Below are positions 23,412 to 33,361 of a stretch of 33,361 nucleotides of DNA, in pieces (positions within the stretch are counted from its first letter, which is position 1; every line of letters begins with the position of its first letter). This DNA is from Chiloscyllium plagiosum (taxonomy: Eukaryota). A model generated the notes under the pieces. That model worked only from the letters and a program-made list of their open reading frames with translations. It made no database searches and was not told the origin of the DNA. Made by a program: the position numbers and the translations under genes. The stretch spans positions 34,449,281 to 34,482,641 of the forward strand of contig NC_057719.1 in assembly GCF_004010195.1 (NCBI RefSeq). Direction: 5' to 3'.

Positions 23412-24943
23412 CAACATTTTGTCTCCACAAGTAGGATGTTGCCCACAAGTACCAGGCAATGACTATTTCTCCGTGACAGGTGATAGCATTACCATCATTG
23501 AAGTCTTCATTGACATCCAACAAAGTTATCTTTGACTAGACCCTTAACTAAAGTAACTACACAATTACTATGGCTACAAAAACAGGGCAAACACAGGAAT
23601 TCTGGAGTAGGTGGCTCACTTTCCGACTCTCCAAAGCCTGTTCACCATCCACAAAACATAAATTAGGAATGTGATGGAATATTCTTCAATTGTCTGGATT
23701 AGTGGTGCTCCATCAACATTCATAAAGCTCAAAGCTACCCAAAACAATACAAGGCAGTTGATTGGGCATCAATCACTGGCATCCTGCATCATGGCTGCAA
23801 TTATGTGTACCATGTACAAAATGCACTGTAGCAACTTGCCAAGACTTTATCTGTGGCACTTAACAAACCTGTGAGATCTACCACATCAAAGGAAAAAGGC
23901 ATAAGATATTATATCACACTACCATCTTCACGTGCCCTATCAATTTACATAGCTCACTTGGAATACTCACTTGCAAATATATTATTGTTCCTTGGGTCAA
24001 GTTAATAGAACTTCCTGCCTAACGCCACAGTGGAAGTACCTTCATTGCATGCACTACATCAGGTAACAAGCCAGCCCACTACCATCTACTTAAGGGCAAT
24101 TAACAATGAGTAGTGTACTGTCCACATCCCAAGTGAATCAGTAAAAAAGGTCAGTTTTATGTGTGTAAATAAAGTAATTAATGAAAAAAGACCTGTTGAC
24201 TGAAGAATACTTCTATCATTTTCACATCATATAATAGCACAAAAGGGCATTGCGATGCAACAGGGAACAGATTTAACAGCAATAAACACTGTCACTGACA
24301 ACTTGTTTGTGGCCCAGAAGAAGAGGAAAGCTCTCATTCCATTGCTATGCAACATTCAGGAACATAATCAAGCCAACATGATGGAAACACAATTCCTTTG
24401 CCTTGCACCATTCCATTGAGTCTCATAATTTAAAAGAACAGGTACAATGATTGCTACTCAGTTTCTTATGGATACTGACCGCCAACTGGTTACTGCCCTA
24501 TAAAGAAGCTCATAAAACACCATCCAAATACAATGATATTCATGTCTCCACCTAAAACTAAATACGAGTCAGGAAACTGGATCATCATTTCCCTCTCTCA
24601 CCAAATTGTCAATCATGCTTACAACCTTCTCTATTAATGCTGTGATCTATGGTCACTCTCTGTGCCTTAGCACAGATTTCATTTTAAATCTTGACTTTAC
24701 TAGTTAATTCCTGAACATTGTGACTAACAGTGGAATTCATCTCTACAATTCTTTCAGCCACCTGCCACATTTCTTCCCATAAAAAATCCAACTTCTCTTC
24801 ACTGAAGAGGGAGGATTTTCTTCATTTTCTCTAATTCCCCTGAGAAATTTGAATAGAAACAAGCTGTCAGCCCTTTAAGACTTTCTGAGATTAGCCCAGA
24901 CTCTTCAACTCAAAGGTTTCCATTAACTCATGAAAAATATTCC

Positions 24944-26745
24944 AATGGGGGAGATACGAAACAAGTTTTTTGCACCAGTGTTTCCTGTGGAGAAGGATGT
25001 GGAAGATATGGAACATGGGGAAATAGATGGTGACACCTTTAAAATTGTCCATATTAAAGAGGAGGTGGTGCTGGATGTCTTGAAACGCATAAAAGTCGAT
25101 AAATTCCCAGGACCTGTTTAGGTGGACTGGAGACTATATGGGGAAGCTAGTGAAGTGATTGCTGGACCCTTTGCTGAGATACTTGCATCACCAATAGCCA
25201 CAAGTGAGGTGCCGGAAGACTGGAAGTTAGCAAACGTGGTGACACTGTTTAAGAAAAGTGGTAAGGAAAAGCCAGGGAACTATAGACCAGTGAGCCTGAG
25301 AGAGAATCCTAAGGGACAGGATTTACATGTATTTGGAAAGGCAAGGAGTGATTAGGGACAGTCAGCAGGGCTTTGTGTGTGTGAAATCATGTCTCACAAA
25401 CTTCATTGAGTCTTTTGAAGAAGTAACAAAGAAAATTGATGAGGCAGAGCAGTGGACGTGATGGAGGGGAAGGCAAGAACTGGCTTTTTCCAGGGCTTTT
25501 GCTCGAACCATCAATTTTCTTGCTCCTTGGATGCTGCCTGACCTGCTGTGTTTTTCCAGCACCACACTCTCGTGATCTATATGGACTTCAGTAAGGCATT
25601 TGACATAGTTCCTCATGGAGACTGGTTAGCAAGGTTAGATCTCATGGAATACAGGGAGAACTAGCCATTTGGATACAGAACTGGCTTGAAGGTAGAAGAC
25701 AGAGGGTGGTGGCAGAAGGTTGTTTTTCAGACTAAGGCCTGTGACCAGTGGAGTGCCACAAGGATCGGTGCTGAGTCCACTACTTTTCATCATTTATATA
25801 AATGATTTGGATGTGAACATAGGAGGTTTGGTTGGTAAGTTTGCAGATGACACCAAAATTGGAGGTGTAGTGGACAGTGAAAAACGTTACCTCAGTGTAC
25901 AACAGGTTCTTGATCAGATGGGCCAATGGGCTGAGGAGTGGCAGATGGAGTTTAATTTAGATAAGTATGAGGTGCTGCATTTTGGGAAAGCAATCAGAGC
26001 AGGACCTATACACTTAATGTTAAGGTCCTGGGGAGTATTGCTAAAGTGACCTTGGAGTGCAGGTTCATAGTTCCTTGAAAGTAGAGTCGCAGGTAGATAG
26101 GATAGTGAAGAAGGCGTTTGGTATGCTTTTCTTCACTGGTCAAAACATTGAATATAGGAGTTGGGAGGTCATGCTGCTGCTGTACAGGGCATTGGTTCAG
26201 CCACTTTTAGAATATTGCATGCACATCTGGTCTCCTTCCTGACAGAATGGTGTGAAACTTGAAAGGGTTCAGAAGAGATTTACAAGGATGTTGCCAGAGT
26301 TGGTGGAGCTACAGGGAGTGGCTGAATAGGCTGGGCCTGGTTTCCCTAGAATGTCAGATGCTGAGGGGTGACCTTATAGAGGTTTATAAAAGCATGAGGA
26401 GCATGGATAGGATAAATAAAGTCCTTTCTCTGTTGTGGGGGTGTCCAGAACTAGAAGGCATAAGTTTAGGGTGAAAGGGGAAAGATATAAAGGGGGCCTA
26501 AGGGGCAACATTTTAACACAGAGGGTGGTACGTGTATGGAATGAGCTGCCAGAGGAATTATTGAAGGCTGGTACTATTACAGCATTTCAAAGGTATCTCA
26601 ATGGGTATACGAATAGGAAAGGTTTAGACCGATATGAGCCAAGTTCTGGCACATGGGACTAGATTGGGTTAGGATATCTGGTCGGCATGGACGAGTTGGA
26701 TGAAGGGTCTGTTTCCATGCAGTACACCTCTATGACTCGATGACT
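24944..26745 (+). mobile_element. CR1 LINE, about 1.8 kb, 5'-truncated (RT plus 3' end)
   Basis: VDKFPGP, VPEDWKLANVVTLFKK..PGNYRPVSL, GVPQGSVLSPLLFIIYINDL, KFADDTKIGG; tail ctctatgactcgatgac. Confidence 0.96.
25463..25570 (+). mobile_element. PLE-pLTR mini-element inserted in the CR1 RT, 6-bp TSD
   Basis: Interrupts the CR1 VDVIYMDF codons; cgtgat is duplicated at 25457-25462 and 25571-25576; the body ggatgctgcctgacctgctgtgtttttccagc matches the 22243 element. Confidence 0.85.
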
Positions 26746-26997
26746 GTGGTGAATCTGGCAAAGTTAGCTTGCCTGTCTGGACTGACTTCACACCACAGCA
26801 GTACAGTAATCATTTCAGCTGTGATGATTGAATTTGTTATGATTCCTTCCACGCAATAATTTAGCCTCTGGAGGGAAATTCTGAAAATAAAATAGAGAAC
26901 AGAATTTTACAGAAGAAATGAGAGAGAAGAATTAAATTAGTCTTAATTTGCACCAATTTGTTTAAAAACAAAAGAATTGACACTTTAAAGACAAAGA

Positions 26998-27176
26998 GAG
27001 GTAGAAATTCATTTTGGACATTGACTTAAATGGACAAAAACAGACTGACCATCCTTTCTACATAGCCACTGATATTCAGTTCACTTGAACCAGTTGAATT
27101 AAATATTAGGCTCTGCATATAACCAACAGCCAATACAACACCATTTTGTGTCAACAGCTCAGACAAATTTCTACCC
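26998..27176. mobile_element. Palindromic MITE-like element (possibly PIF/Harbinger-type)
   Basis: Perfect 10-bp inverted ends ggtagaaatt (27000-27009) / aatttctacc (27166-27175); internal imperfect symmetry (aaatgg/ccattt; gatattcagttca/tgaattaaatatt). Confidence 0.55.
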
Positions 27177-28445
27177 TAGAATCTCTGAGGTTAGATCAGT
27201 TGTGATAGGATTCTTCATTGACAGCCTATGAAAAATAAAACAGACCCATGATGCACAACAGACAAAGTGAACCATAAAGTACCTAACTAAAACTGTTCAT
27301 TTCAATATAACAAAGCATTCACATTGCCACATTTATTTAAAAAAAATCAAGTTATAATAAAACTGAGAAAGTCCCAAAAATCTAATTTAAAAGATACAAA
27401 AACATGTTTGTTATGGTAACTAAGCATTCGTATTCTCACATAAAGTACTCCTTAATTTCCCATACCTCATCTTATGTAAATAGTGTTCACTTTGTTATGC
27501 AAATTCAAAAGTAAACTAAGTCATATGTAATAGGTATGAATCTAGGCATCAGATGCAATGCAATAAGCTGCTGCTTAGCATGATATACATCAACTCATTT
27601 AAACCATTCAGTGAGGGAAAAATCAGTTTGCCAGCTCACTGTGAAGCTCAGCAATTAAAGACCTTCAAACAAAGGGGCAGTGAACAAATAGCCTGTCTGT
27701 GTACGCACATGAACCTAAGTGATAAAATTCATCATATGAATAATCTCCTACCAGCAGAATAGGACTATCACTATCCCATGTACAGTTGCCAAGTTCCAAG
27801 TTCCTGTCCCCACTGATTTCCTGGCTAGGAACTCATTACAAATACGTACAAATGCAATCATTACAAGAATGGCTCTATAACAATTGCTAGAAGTTTACTT
27901 GTCAGGACTCAGCCTGACATGTATGTTAGTTTGTATAATACAATGTACAGATGTACACAATACAATGTACACAATCAGATTCTTGGTAAAGAAGGTAACA
28001 TTATGCATTAAATGTATCAAAGGTGTGAATAAGGAACAAATATGGAAGTTTGACACTGCATCAACGCTGAAATTACTGTGAACCACTTAGAACTGACTGG
28101 AAATCTAACAAAGATTTGATGATTTATTGTGTAGGACAATTGTAAGACAGGATCACTATCAGAATGTTCCATGACATAAAGGTGCACAAAAAGAAGTAGC
28201 AACTCTTAAAGATATCAGAAAATGTTTACTAAAGGAGGAAAAAGATTTGATCTTATGTATACTGTGTTTAGAATGACTGTGTATCTTAAGAACAAATGTC
28301 TGGGTGCAAATGACCTAATTTCAATACGTAAGTCTCTTGTTGGAAATGGTCATTGCCTGGCACTCTTGTGGTGCGAATGTAACTTGTCAGCCCAAACCTA
28401 AATATTCTCCAGATTCTGAGGAGTATCTGAGGAATCGTGATATCA

Positions 28446-28702
28446 GAACTCTATCAATAAACACATCTATTTAGACTCTATCTACTTTACTTTGAAAAAA
28501 AACTGGAAATGACATCACCCACCTTAAGAAACCAAGACCTATAAATAGAGAGGGGGGACATACCACCAGCACTTCACTGGAGTCTTTCACTGATGATGTT
28601 ACCTAGTATGGTGATGAAACGCCTGAAAACAAACCTTGAAGCTCAGCGAGCTAACTTACATTCTTATCACCAATCTGAGCTAAATATCTTCTCAAAAATC
28701 TA
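28446..28702 (+). mobile_element. Penelope-like 3' end and pLTR with hammerhead motif
   Basis: NSINKHIYLDSIYFTLKK (PLE C-terminus), TATAAA, then tttca-CTGATGA-t-GTTACC-tagtat-GGTGAT-GAAA-c-GCC-tgaaa (28585-28628); same clade as 1-319. Confidence 0.85.
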
Positions 28703-28735
28703 CAGCAAACAGCCACAACTGTGCTCTTATGATGG

Positions 28736-29524
28736 TGTTGTATGTAAATTGCCACAAGCTACCTTTAATTCAGCTACTTATTAAGAAATTTCAAGATCAA
28801 ATGTTGAAACGATTAGTTAAACTTCAATGCCTATAGCAACCAAAATAAGACCCTTCAAACAAGTAAATTAGGCCTCACAATTTAACTATACCTGATTAAC
28901 TGTGAAATTCAGCTACAACTCCAACTAAGTGTCTGTCTGTCACTGGATGTCCAGGGTTCGATCCTCGTGTAATGTTGTTCTCCAAAGTTCTGCTGCTGAA
29001 GAATTTTGAAGTTTTACAGAATTTTCTGTTTTGTGAAGTTTCTGATATGACATTATTGACAATCCTTTAAATCTGATCATCCACAATATTAATTACACTT
29101 CCGCAGTCATCGAGTCTGTAGCTTGCCTTCTTATCAGGAGTACCTTTCTGTCCCTTGCTACATTCAGGGTGTTAACTGTCTGTTCAAAACATAGACTTTC
29201 CTGCCATTAACCCCTTCACCTCAGGTTATTCCTGATGCAAGCAATTTTAAACACTGTAAGTAATCTAATCTAATCTAAATGCCTAGTTGTCTCAAGGCAG
29301 TAAGTTTTCAAACATTGTTGCCTCCTCTTACCCAGGAGACAACTCATTTATGTCACTTCAACTCCCTCCCAGGGATTTTTAATTGGTATTTTGCTTTTAA
29401 TTCCTTTACAATAGTTTTTCCTTGTTCCCTTCATCTCAAGAAACAGTTTATTCCAGAAAGAGTTATTGCTGATTCTTTCAATTCCCTGAAAGATTATGAA
29501 AGTTCTGAGGTTTACAGTATCACA
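28736..29524. mobile_element. Putative solo LTR (789 bp)
   Basis: Cleanly interrupts the family-B LINE; TGT...ACA ends; begins TGTTGTATG like the LTR at 649; flanks gatgg/gaagg could be a 5-bp TSD but are ambiguous with host sequence. Confidence 0.45.
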
Positions 29525-30184
29525 GAAGGCATGTCATTGATAAAACAGCTGAAAATAGTTGAGTCTAGGGCACTATTCTGAGGCAGAGAAGTTTCCTCTT
29601 TATTTCCACTGGGTCTAGTTTTCTCCTTGATGCCACACTTGATCTAGTGCTGCCTTGACATCAAGGGAAGTCACTCTCACTTCATCTCTATAATTCAGCT
29701 CTTTTTTCCATGTTTAAACCAAAGCTGGCACAAATTCAGGACCTAAGTAATTCTGGTGGAAACTAAACTGAGCATCAATGAGGAAGATAACCACACTTGA
29801 GTTGAACAGGATTACAGATTTGAATTTGTTTTATTCCAAGGTAAATTGTTGGAAATAACATCATCATTTGCCTGATTAAGTTAGATCATTAAAGTTCACT
29901 GTTCAGTATGTGACAACATCAATGACAGTAGGATCATCAATTTCTCAGGGTATAGGTGCAATCAGCTCCTTCTCTCACAAATACTTCCACTCCTGTGAAG
30001 GAAGCTTTGGAATCTACTTTTCAAAATGATGCAGGCAACCAAGAGGAAGCGATTCCAACATCCCATTATTACTTACTATTCCATACTCACACTGATCTGA
30101 GTCACATAAGGGGATACCTTTAAATAAAACAAATGTGGAGTAATACAACAACAACCAATTGGCACTGGTGTGAACAGCAATTTA

Positions 30185-30360
30185 ATACTTATCCTGCTCA
30201 AGGGGCAATGGACACATCGCAATAAACCCATAGTAACTGCAGCGAAGGAGGCTGTGTGGCAATGAGACAACTCATCTTGTTGTTTGTTTCATCTGCAGTC
30301 AGGGTTGTGCTAGTGGCAGCACTTATTCATAACCTCAGATAACATGGAGAGCCTCTGGCA
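30185..30360 (+). mobile_element. Possible Harbinger transposase C-terminal relic
   Basis: FVSSAVRVVLVAALIHNLR*HGEPL resembles V..IVV.CC.LHN....RG; only weak upstream YP...P.TAA-like motifs. Confidence 0.25.
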
Positions 30361-30644
30361 TACAAGGCGAAAACACAGGAGAGACGTACATTTAGGAATT
30401 GTGAATATATTCAAAGAACAATGTTCTAAACATTTGACTTTTGTGTTAGTATTCCCTCTAGTTCAGTATTTCCAGTCAGTCTATTTGCATATTGCGTCTG
30501 AAGCAATGTCATCTGTAATGTACAAAGTGTAGAGTTATAGAGATGTATAGGGTTCAGAGAGTGTTGTACACCCTGGCATCAAAGCAGCATGGGATCTCCT
30601 GCTCTGCGTTCTCATAGCAGCCATTCAATGTATACATTAACATT

Positions 30645-31858
30645 GAGGATTAATGAGGGCAGAGCAGTAGATGTTATCTATATGGATTTCAGTAAGGCAT
30701 TCGACAAGGATCCCCAAGGGACATTGATTGGCAAGGTTAGATCTCACGGAATACAGAGAGAACTAGCCATTTGGATACAGAACTGGCTCAAAGGTAGAAG
30801 ATAAAAGGTGGTGGTGGAGGGTTGTTTTTCAGACTGGAGCCTGTGACCAGTGGAGTGCCACCAGGATCGGTGCTGGGTCCTCTACTTTTTGACATTTACA
30901 TAAATGATTTGGATGCGAGCATAAAAGGTACAGTTAGTAAGTTTGCAGATGATACCAAAATTGGAGGTGTACTGAAGAGGGTTACCTCAGATTACAACAG
31001 GATCTTGACCAGATGGGGCAATGGGCAGAGAAGTGGCAGATGGAGTTTAATTTAGATAAATGCGGGGTGCTGCATTTTGGGAAAGCAAATCTTAGCAGTA
31101 CTTATACACTTAATGGTAAGGTCCTAGGGAGTGTTGCTGAACAAAGAGACCTTGGAGTGCAGATTCATAGCTCCTTGAAAGTGGAGTCGCAGGTAGATAG
31201 GATAGTGAAGAAGGCGTTTGGTATGCTTTCCTTTATTGGTGAAAGTATCGAGTACAGGAGTTGGGAGGTCATGTTGCGGCTGTACAGGACATTGGTTAGG
31301 CCACTGTTGGAATATTACATGCAATTCTGGTCTCCTTCCTATCGGAAAGATGTTGTTAAACTTGAAAGGGTTCAGAAAAGATTGACAAAGATGTTGCCAG
31401 GGTTGGAAGGATTTGAGCTATAGGGAGAAGTTGAATAGGCTGGGGCGGTTTTCCCTAGAGCGTTGGAGGCTGAGGAGTGATCTTATAGAGATTTATAAAA
31501 TCATGAGGGCATGGATAGGATGAATAGACAATGTCTTTTCCCTAGGGTGGGGGAGTCCAGACCTCGAGGGCATGGGTTTAAGGAGAGAAGGGAAAGGTAT
31601 AAAAGAGACCTAAGGGGCAACGTTTTCACGCAGAGGGTGGTACGTGTATGGAATAAGCTGTGAGAGGAAGTGGTGGAGGCTGGTACAATTGCAACATTTA
31701 AGAGGCATTTGGATGGGTATATGAATAGGAATGGTTTGGAGGGATATGGGCCGGGTGCTGGCAGGTGGGACTAGATTGGGTTGGGATATCTGGTCAGCAT
31801 GGACAGGTTGGACCAAAGGGTCTGTTTCCATGCTGTACATCTCTATGACTCTATGACT
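30645..31858 (+). mobile_element. Young CR1 LINE 3' fragment (RT plus tail)
   Basis: GRAVDVIYMDFSKAFDK, GVPPGSVLGPLLF.IYINDL, KFADDTKIGG and a 136-aa ORF 31013-31423; tail (ctctatga)n. Confidence 0.97.
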
Positions 31859-32213
31859 ATCACTATGCTATCCAAAATGGCATTAGTGAACCCAAAAACA
31901 GACACTGATACTCCCAAATCTACATTGTGCAAAACCTTCCTGCAGGTGATTTAAATTTGAATTGAATCGCTTTCAATTTATTTTCATATTTCATCTTCTG
32001 CTTCGAGCAGTACACGTTTCATTTTTAATCAGATTTTACTTTTAATGTTCAAAGCAAATATCCTTCTTTTGTCACTCATTCCATAATTTAAATGCAAAGG
32101 CTCCCCTGTGTACATTTTACCATCAAGTTAGGTTTGGCAGACTGCTGACTTTCAGTGGACAGTCGTTGTCAGGCCCAGATTGACTGAGCTTCTCCCACAC
32201 TGTAGACTGCCTA

Positions 32214-32220
<7 letters not shown>

Positions 32221-32252
<32 letters not shown>
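32221..32252. repeat. (AC)16 microsatellite
   Basis: Perfect dinucleotide run. Confidence 0.98.
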
Positions 32253-32254
<2 letters not shown>

Positions 32255-32630
32255 CCAGGGATGCACATGCAGCTGTAATCACCAGCATGTAAAGCACTTT
32301 CTGCTGGCCAGTTAGTTCAATGTGTACTGGAATGGGGGCGATTGAAGGAGACATGGTTTGACAGTCACACTCTTGGGTTGATTGAAGAAGCACTTAAGTT
32401 CACACTTTGTGAAGTGAAATAAAAAAGTGCTGACAAAACAATTTTAGGAATAATCTGATGGGGGTGCAGGGCCACCAGAAGGAAGTTCAGTCTGCAACAC
32501 AGAGGCCAGTAGACTTCATTTACTCTCTCCACTGCAATGCCACTTAAAAGATGCAATACAATAGATATTAAAAGAGGGACATAACAGGAATGGAATGACA
32601 GTTTTTTTATTTGCAAAAGGAATGGAGTAT

Positions 32631-32980
32631 TGTAGCGATTGGAACCAGGTTGACCTCATTGACTATGAGATCGTTGATTGAGGTTGTTAGCCTAAGCCAA
32701 TCAGGAAAGCCCTGGCTGACCAATATAACCAAATAAAAGCGGCATTTTTTGTCACTGGCTACTCCGGTGTTTCCTTTCTTCCTCGTGGTGGTGAAATATA
32801 AATAAAGATTTACACACTTGTTGTTTTTCACTGTGTCCTACACCTGCACACATACAACATGGGTGCTGGGGAAAAATATAAGCACTATCGCTGTCAGGCG
32901 GTAATGTTGGGGAAAGAAAAAAAAGAAAATATATCCAGGAGGTTCAGAGTCTCCTCAGTTTAGGGGACTGACTCTGTAAA
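32631..32980 (+). mobile_element. LTR fragment (Gypsy-like) interrupted at its TATA-like box
   Basis: Purine-rich aaaaggaatggag just upstream, TG start at 32631, CCAAT box (32697), aatata at 32722-32727; resumes at about 32934 after a 200-bp insert. Confidence 0.55.
32728..32927 (+). mobile_element. 5'-truncated poly(A) non-LTR retroelement 3' end (L1/Tx1-like by inference)
   Basis: AATAAA (32801), hairpin cactatcgc-tgtcag-gcggtaatg (32883-32906), A-rich tail 32913-32927, flanked by an aatata direct repeat. Confidence 0.6.
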
Positions 32981-33015
32981 CAAAAGAGAAAATATATAAC
33001 CAAGAGAAGAAAGAA

Positions 33016-33361
33016 GTGGAAACAGACCCTTCGGTCCAACACATCCATGCCGACCAGATATCCCAACCCAATCTAGTCCCACCTGCCAGCACCCAGCCCA
33101 TATCCAACCAAACCCTTTCTATTCATATACCCATCCAAATGCCTCTTAAATGTTGCAATTGTACCAGACTCCACCACATCCTCTGGCAGCTCATTCCATA
33201 CACGTACCACCCTCTGCGTGAAACAGTTGCCCCTTAGGTCTCTTTTATATCTTCCCCCTCTCACCCAAAACCTATGCCCTCTAGTTCTGGACTCCCTGAT
33301 CCCAGGGAAAAGACTTTGTCTATTTATCCTATCCATGCCCCTCATAATTTTGTAAACCTCT
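33016..33361 (-). mobile_element. Young CR1 3' end (runs off the window)
   Basis: Minus ORF MRGMDRINRQSLFPG..SRTRGH..TQRVVRVWNELP; closely matches the reverse complement of about 31490-31830. Confidence 0.96.

Larger units (their letters stand above)
19150..24148 (+). mobile_element. Long degraded family-B LINE (APE end, RT, 3' tail) fragmented by nested insertions
   Basis: Collinear pieces at about 19150-19409, 20895-20950, 21170-21312, 21631-22242, 22373-22655 and 23412-24148. Peptides HINAKDKAEAFA, LDLKATF and MEYSSIVW; tail aagggcaatt...ccacatccca...aaaaaa. Confidence 0.75.
28332..29790 (-). mobile_element. Family-B LINE RT fragment, split by a PLE and a putative LTR (pieces 28332-28440, 28703-28735, 29525-29790)
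   Basis: ggtcattgcctggcact is the reverse complement of the 23450 region; tgccttgacatcaag is the reverse complement of an LDVKAA motif (compare 22215); the pieces are collinear. Confidence 0.65.

Noticed and set aside
30528..30547. gtagagttatagagatgta as an inverted CR1 tail suggesting a 5' inversion of the 30645 element
   Set aside because: Only about 20 nt and separated from the CR1 by about 100 bp of unrelated sequence; no TSD found.
31013..31423. CR1 RT ORFs (also 7740-8180 and 25720-26049) as functional reverse transcriptase genes
   Set aside because: All copies are 5'-truncated and frameshifted; no intact ORF2 is present.

Overview
AT-rich vertebrate genomic DNA, most likely elasmobranch (shark), judging from HE1-type SINEs and HER1/CR1-type LINEs. 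I find no credible intact host protein-coding gene, rRNA, tRNA or CRISPR array. Most listed ORFs are frameshifted transposon fragments or their antisense shadows. Roughly two-thirds of the window is layered transposable-element debris: about 10 CR1 LINE copies (one covering nearly all of ORF2 plus the end of ORF1), a second older CR1/L2-group LINE family, several tRNA-derived SINE families, Gypsy integrase/LTR remnants, Penelope-like elements (PLEs) of at least two clades, a Harbinger two-gene relic and a palindromic MITE. Notable points: (i) about 9 complete or partial minimal hammerhead-ribozyme motifs in PLE pseudo-LTRs; (ii) 90-220 bp pLTR-only insertions with their own target-site duplications, two of them palindromic; (iii) a 200-bp poly(A) retroelement tail inserted at the TATA-like box of an LTR, possibly a target-specific Tx1-like element; (iv) a 5-kb, three-level nested TE cluster; (v) hidden relics of a Penelope RT and Harbinger genes in otherwise unique-looking DNA. 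Family names come from recognising motifs by eye and were not checked against any database; boundaries are approximate unless a TSD is given.
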